The notes below the pieces were generated by a model. The model saw nothing but the letters and a program-made list of their open reading frames with translations. It was not told where the DNA came from and searched no databases. A stretch of 21,542 nucleotides of DNA from an uncultured archaeon. GTDB taxonomy: Archaea > Asgardarchaeota > Lokiarchaeia > Sigyniarchaeales > Promethearchaeaceae. The position numbers and the translations under genes were made by a program. Shown here one piece after another: positions 17,500-21,542 of the stretch; position 1 is the stretch's first letter, and every line of letters begins with the position of its first letter. Where the stretch lies: assembly GCA_964426185.1 (NCBI GenBank), contig CAYRPF010000059.1, positions 1-21,542 on the forward strand, given 5' to 3'.

Positions 17500-18957
17500 A
17501 TGACTGTTCCAGCCCATCTTACCTTTTTAGATGCATTCTTTCATCCAAAATCGGTAGCGATTTTTGGCGCATCCACCAATCCCAACAAAAGTGGCTATAA
17601 AATTGTAGAAAATCTATTGAATCATCAATATCCAGGAAAAATATTTCCTATCAACCCTCGTGGAGGGAGTATTTTAGGAATGTCCTTGTATAAATCCGTT
17701 TTGGATGTGGCTGAACCAGTCGACTTAGCTATTATTTTTGTACCAAATTTGCATGTGGTTAAGATTATTGAACAATGCATCCAAAAAGGCGTGCGAGGTG
17801 CAATAATCGAAGCAGCAGGTTTTGGAGAGGTTGGACTTGAAGGTAAACAACTTCGTGAAAAATTACGGAAGGTTACTGAGAATTTCACCAAAATCCATAT
17901 TATAGGGCCGAATTGTACTGGAATCACAGCCTTGGATGAGGATGGTGTGGGTTTTTTCTCTTCCTTTATTCCCATGGCAAACACAAAAGCAGGAAGTTTG
18001 GCCATTGTGTCTCAATCAGGGTTTATTAATGGTGCTTATTATCCAGATTTTACTGGGCGAAATCCCCAAATGGGTCTGAGATATGTCGTTGCAATTGGGA
18101 ATAAGTTGGACGTTAATGAAAATCATCTTTTGGAATATTTTCTTTATGATGATAATGTTTCGACCATTGGAATCTATATTGAATCATTTTATGATGTTCG
18201 GCAATTCATTCTATTAACACGTCAAGCACATCAGCTCCAAAAAGATGTGATATTACTGCGCAGTGGATTTTCTCCCTTAGGGGCAAAAGCAACTGGGTCT
18301 CATACCGGTGCTTTGGCAGAAAATTCCGCGCTAATTGAAGCCGTAATTAGGCAAAGTGGTTGTATTTTAGCAGATGATTTCTGGGAATTATTTCTAATCT
18401 CACGAACCCTCACTTTTATGAAGGATACTGGAACTAATAATCTGGTTTTGCCAAACATTGGAATAATAACAATTTCTGGTGCAGCAGGGGCCATAATGAC
18501 AGACTGGAGTGCCAAAATGGGCTTAAGCGTTCCTGATTTGGATGAAAATTCATATAGTAGATTAAAAGAATTATATCCACCGTGGATGAATCCTAATCCC
18601 TTCGCTCTTGTAGATTACTGGCCAGCAGTTGAACATATGAAATCTTATGAAAAAGTGATTTTATCATCTACTGATATTTTGCTTTCGTGTCCAGATATTC
18701 AAGTAGTTTTCTTGACAGTATATTATAGTGCCAGTTCTTGGATAGTAGATTGGGCGAAATTAAAGGATACTGTTGAAAAACACAAGAAACCTATTTTTGT
18801 TTGGCTTTTTGGAGATTATCAGGAAATTTTACAAGGCGAATCCATTTTTCAGTCTATAGAACTTCCAGTCTTTTATTCTGAAAAATCATTAGTTCAAACA
18901 TTCAGTAAGATATTTACTTCATACAGTTTTCGAGATCGACTGAAAGATTTCAAATGA
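17500..18957 (+). CDS. Second acyl-CoA synthetase (NDP-forming) alpha subunit / CoA-binding protein
   Basis: PKSVAIFGAS, FPINP, AGFGE, IIGPNCTG, VSQSG, IGNKLDV, YIES, GSHTGALA (phospho-His) and SGAAG. A TTTATGTA box ~25 nt upstream suggests a leaderless transcript. Confidence 0.92.
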   Translation: MTVPAHLTFLDAFFHPKSVAIFGASTNPNKSGYKIVENLLNHQYPGKIFPINPRGGSILGMSLYKSVLDVAEPVDLAIIFVPNLHVVKIIEQCIQKGVRGAIIEAAGFGEVGLEGKQLREKLRKVTENFTKIHIIGPNCTGITALDEDGVGFFSSFIPMANTKAGSLAIVSQSGFINGAYYPDFTGRNPQMGLRYVVAIGNKLDVNENHLLEYFLYDDNVSTIGIYIESFYDVRQFILLTRQAHQLQKDVILLRSGFSPLGAKATGSHTGALAENSALIEAVIRQSGCILADDFWELFLISRTLTFMKDTGTNNLVLPNIGIITISGAAGAIMTDWSAKMGLSVPDLDENSYSRLKELYPPWMNPNPFALVDYWPAVEHMKSYEKVILSSTDILLSCPDIQVVFLTVYYSASSWIVDWAKLKDTVEKHKKPIFVWLFGDYQEILQGESIFQSIELPVFYSEKSLVQTFSKIFTSYSFRDRLKDFK

Positions 18958-19068
18958 ATATTTAAATAAAGCTAATTACTTTACAAATTAATTGTGAATA
19001 AGTTTTAACATTTTCTTCATTCTTGTTCCCTGGAAAGAAAAACATCAGCTTAAAAAAACAAAAATGTA

Positions 19069-19143
19069 ACTATGTAGATACAACAATAAACTTTAAATAT
19101 TCTTTCAGACTATATAGATATAACAATATATAGATTTAACAAT
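19069..19143 (+). promoter_or_regulatory. Promoter with TATA box (TTTAAATA, 19092-19099) flanked by three direct repeats TATRTAGATWYAACAAT
   Basis: Repeats at 19071-19087 (tatgtagatacaacaat), 19111-19127 (tatatagatataacaat) and 19127-19143 (tatatagatttaacaat), upstream of ATG 19163. Confidence 0.65.
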
Positions 19144-19162
19144 CTTAAATTAATTGATTATC

Positions 19163-20545
19163 ATGAAACGTTTCCATGCGCTTGATATCCTCCGGGGATT
19201 TATGATGACATATATCATCATACTTCATGCCCTTATCCAACGGGTATTTGTTTCGGATCCATCAGCGTTTCCCACCACCATTGCGAAATTACCACTTGCA
19301 TTGGTTTTAGTTATTTCCCCTTTGATTATAATTTCATTATGGGGTTCAGTTTTTAGTTTTATGACTGGTATTGCCAGCGCTTATCAACTTGGAAGTTTAA
19401 GTCGAGAATATCCGCAAGATAGTTCCCGTCAAAATCGATTTCTTACAAAACGATTGGCTACAAGTATTATGATTTATATCATTTACCTATTGAACAATCT
19501 CTTATTTTCTACTCGATCGATTGAACACGGTTTTTCTACACAATCTCTTTTAACTGGATCACTTGAAAATTTAAGCGTGAAAGCACCCACTTTCTTCACT
19601 TTAACTGCAACAAGCACTTTGGAAACAATTGCGATTACAGGAATTATTGTTTCTCTCGTTGTTCGAGCTGCGTTGAAAAAGCATGCTAATAATCCTTATC
19701 AAATCATTAAAAAGTTATCTACAATTTCCTTAATCATTTTGGCAATAAGTGCATTTTTAAGACAATATATTGGAGATCCCATGCCAGTGCAAGAATATCT
19801 TCTTTCAAAAAATCAATACGTGTTATATTTCTTTTTTATGAGGTTATATTCTGCACGGTTTGCACTTCTTCCAGTATTAGGATTTGGATTTATGGGTGCC
19901 AGTTTAGGTTTATTGCTCAGTCAAAAAGTTTCTTTTAAAGAATTTGCTAAATATGCGTTTTCTCACGCTGCATTACTATTTGGGATCTTTGGATTATATT
20001 TATTGAATGGTTTTAAAATAATTGATCACTTTGCTGAAGAACAAACACCGATTCCCTTGCAGTTTATGAATTTGGGATTACAAATTTGCACAATTGCAGT
20101 ATTAGCATGGTTATTTGATTACGCCAGTCCTAAAAAAAGAGAAAAACGATTAAAAAGGGTGAAATTTCTGGAAAGATTTAACAATTCATCATTATCAATA
20201 TTTGTTCTCGAACCATTCATAGCTAGCGCATTATACTTAGGATATCACTCAGTATTTGGTGATTTTTCGGAGAATTTTATAGTTGTTATTAGTTTTATGA
20301 TTAATTTAGGTGCTATTTGGTATGTAATTCTTCGATTTTGGCAGAAAGTAAACTATAAAGGCAGCTGCGAATGGATTGTAAAAAATGGCAAACAATGGAT
20401 TGCAAATTGGTCATTATGGAATAAATTGATATCCGATTCACAAGAAAAACAAAGAAACTTGTTCTATTTAACGAAAAGAAATACTCAAAAACCCATTTCC
20501 ATTACAACACCGTTATATGAAATTAATGGATATAATCAACATTAA
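19163..20545 (+). CDS. Polytopic membrane protein, HGSNAT/DUF1624/DUF418 acyltransferase-like
   Basis: N-terminal RFHALDILRG...IILH motif, about 10-11 hydrophobic helices, and C-terminal SLSIF...W.....GSCEW resembling the DUF418-type end. ATG 19163 is preferred over TTG 19154. Confidence 0.7.
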   Translation: MKRFHALDILRGFMMTYIIILHALIQRVFVSDPSAFPTTIAKLPLALVLVISPLIIISLWGSVFSFMTGIASAYQLGSLSREYPQDSSRQNRFLTKRLATSIMIYIIYLLNNLLFSTRSIEHGFSTQSLLTGSLENLSVKAPTFFTLTATSTLETIAITGIIVSLVVRAALKKHANNPYQIIKKLSTISLIILAISAFLRQYIGDPMPVQEYLLSKNQYVLYFFFMRLYSARFALLPVLGFGFMGASLGLLLSQKVSFKEFAKYAFSHAALLFGIFGLYLLNGFKIIDHFAEEQTPIPLQFMNLGLQICTIAVLAWLFDYASPKKREKRLKRVKFLERFNNSSLSIFVLEPFIASALYLGYHSVFGDFSENFIVVISFMINLGAIWYVILRFWQKVNYKGSCEWIVKNGKQWIANWSLWNKLISDSQEKQRNLFYLTKRNTQKPISITTPLYEINGYNQH

Positions 20546-20573
20546 GATTTTCAATTTTGAAAATCATTTTTCT

Positions 20574-21491
20574 TTATTCTTCTGATTGGATTGTGAAGAA
20601 AATTTGAATCAGCTCTTTTAAAATACCTAAATTTAATAAATAATCCCATTGTCTTAAGAAAAAGGGCATGATTTGTGCATTTAGAAAATTATACCAACTA
20701 ACTTGTTCAGGTTGTTTTTTACTAACTTCCTTTATTGAATTCACAAATTGTCGAAAGATTATATAAAATATTTCCTTCACCATAGAATACTCCAAACCGA
20801 TTTTTGGATTGGATTGTAAGATATTTTGCCCATCTGAAGGATGAAATACAATTTGTTCTATAACCATATCAATTTTTGGCAAGAATAGTTCCAATACTTC
20901 AAAAGCCTTGTGATTTACATAATTTCCATAACGTTCTTTTAAATGAGGAGAATTTTGGTGAAGATCAAATAGAAGGCGCCGATAGTTAGCTCCTTTTATA
21001 TTATTTTTTATGTAATCGCATAAAATTAGAATAATATTTTGAAATATCCTTAAAAGATCAAGAATTTTTGCTAAATCCATACTTTTATCTGCAATTTGCC
21101 ACTCTATGCTTAATTCTTCTAAGACAGCCCCAAAATCTAGAAATATATCCAAGTCTATTGCCGAATAATCCCAAAATTCTGATGTGATATTGTAATGCTC
21201 AATAAACATTGAATTAATAACTGCTAACCGAGCTTGCATTACATTTGCATTACTATCACGATCATCTGCTCCGATTAAAAGCAAATTATGTTTAGGATCG
21301 TTTAAATAAACCCATCGAAGGTCGTACATATCTATTGATTGAATTCCACGCTTTTGAATTTCAATTTCAGAAAAAGAATTCATTGCGGATAGTAATCCTG
21401 AGACTAAAATCGCCTTAAAAGGAGTATTGTTGTAAGAATAGTAAAATAACATAGTGGATGAATCTTTTTTCACAATCCAGACATGTTTCAT
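20574..21491 (-). CDS. Longin-like domain protein (N-terminal ~135 aa) with helical C-terminal domain
   Basis: Longin beta-beta-alpha-beta-beta-beta-alpha-alpha pattern: VWIV / MLFYYSY / LVSGLLSAMNSFS / IQSIDM / RWVYL / LLLIG / LAVINSMFIEHY / FLDFGAVLEEL. A TTTATATT box lies ~20-28 nt upstream. Confidence 0.72.
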   Translation of the reverse strand: MKHVWIVKKDSSTMLFYYSYNNTPFKAILVSGLLSAMNSFSEIEIQKRGIQSIDMYDLRWVYLNDPKHNLLLIGADDRDSNANVMQARLAVINSMFIEHYNITSEFWDYSAIDLDIFLDFGAVLEELSIEWQIADKSMDLAKILDLLRIFQNIILILCDYIKNNIKGANYRRLLFDLHQNSPHLKERYGNYVNHKAFEVLELFLPKIDMVIEQIVFHPSDGQNILQSNPKIGLEYSMVKEIFYIIFRQFVNSIKEVSKKQPEQVSWYNFLNAQIMPFFLRQWDYLLNLGILKELIQIFFTIQSEE

Positions 21492-21542
21492 AAATATGTA
21501 TTAACCTATATTAATATAAAATGATTATTTTTTCTTGATCAA

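Noticed and set aside
6025-18515. Short ORFs 6025-6318, 6976-7161, 9119-9313, 9421-9603, 12610-12795, 14862-15218, 16646-16924, 17625-18005 and 18300-18515
   Set aside because: All lie within well-supported genes on the opposite strand or in another frame.
19025-19037. gttccctggaaag resembling an ORB core
   Set aside because: Spacing is one base short of TTCCAGTGGAAA, there is no G-string, it is a single copy, and it is distant from cdc6.
18955-19070. TGA stop of the second synthetase as selenocysteine or read-through into a beta domain
   Set aside because: An in-frame TAA follows within three codons, the alpha subunit is already full length, and no SECIS-like structure was seen.

Overview
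AT-rich (roughly 30% GC by eye), gene-dense archaeal chromosome segment, most likely from an Asgard archaeon (Lokiarchaeia-like). That placement is inferred from an Orc1/Cdc6, TATA-type promoters, GGTGA Shine-Dalgarno sites, a Rag/Arf-type small GTPase and a longin-domain protein. About 16 genuine CDS, in order: partial ECF S-component, purA, a coiled-coil/proline-rich protein ending in an LKK helix, a large orphan gamma-class N6-adenine DNA methyltransferase, an alpha-only NDP-forming acyl-CoA synthetase, a small GTPase with a degenerate G3, a PLP aminotransferase, a 4-PAS hybrid histidine kinase, a coiled-coil/Zn-ribbon protein, an atypical Hanks-type kinase, Orc1/Cdc6, a small Zn-ribbon protein, a Zn-ribbon membrane protein with a histone-H1-like tail, a second alpha-only acyl-CoA synthetase, a polytopic acyltransferase-like membrane protein and a longin protein. 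No rRNA, tRNA, CRISPR array or mobile element was recognised. Best leads: (1) the Pro-rich protein, whose C-terminal helix fits a WH2 (actin) or MIM1 (ESCRT) motif; (2) a kinase with a tyrosine-kinase-like catalytic-loop layout, in a signalling cluster converging on cdc6; (3) a probable pseudo-GTPase; (4) the membrane-anchored H1-like tail near cdc6 and a possible origin. All family calls come from motifs read by eye; no database searches were run.
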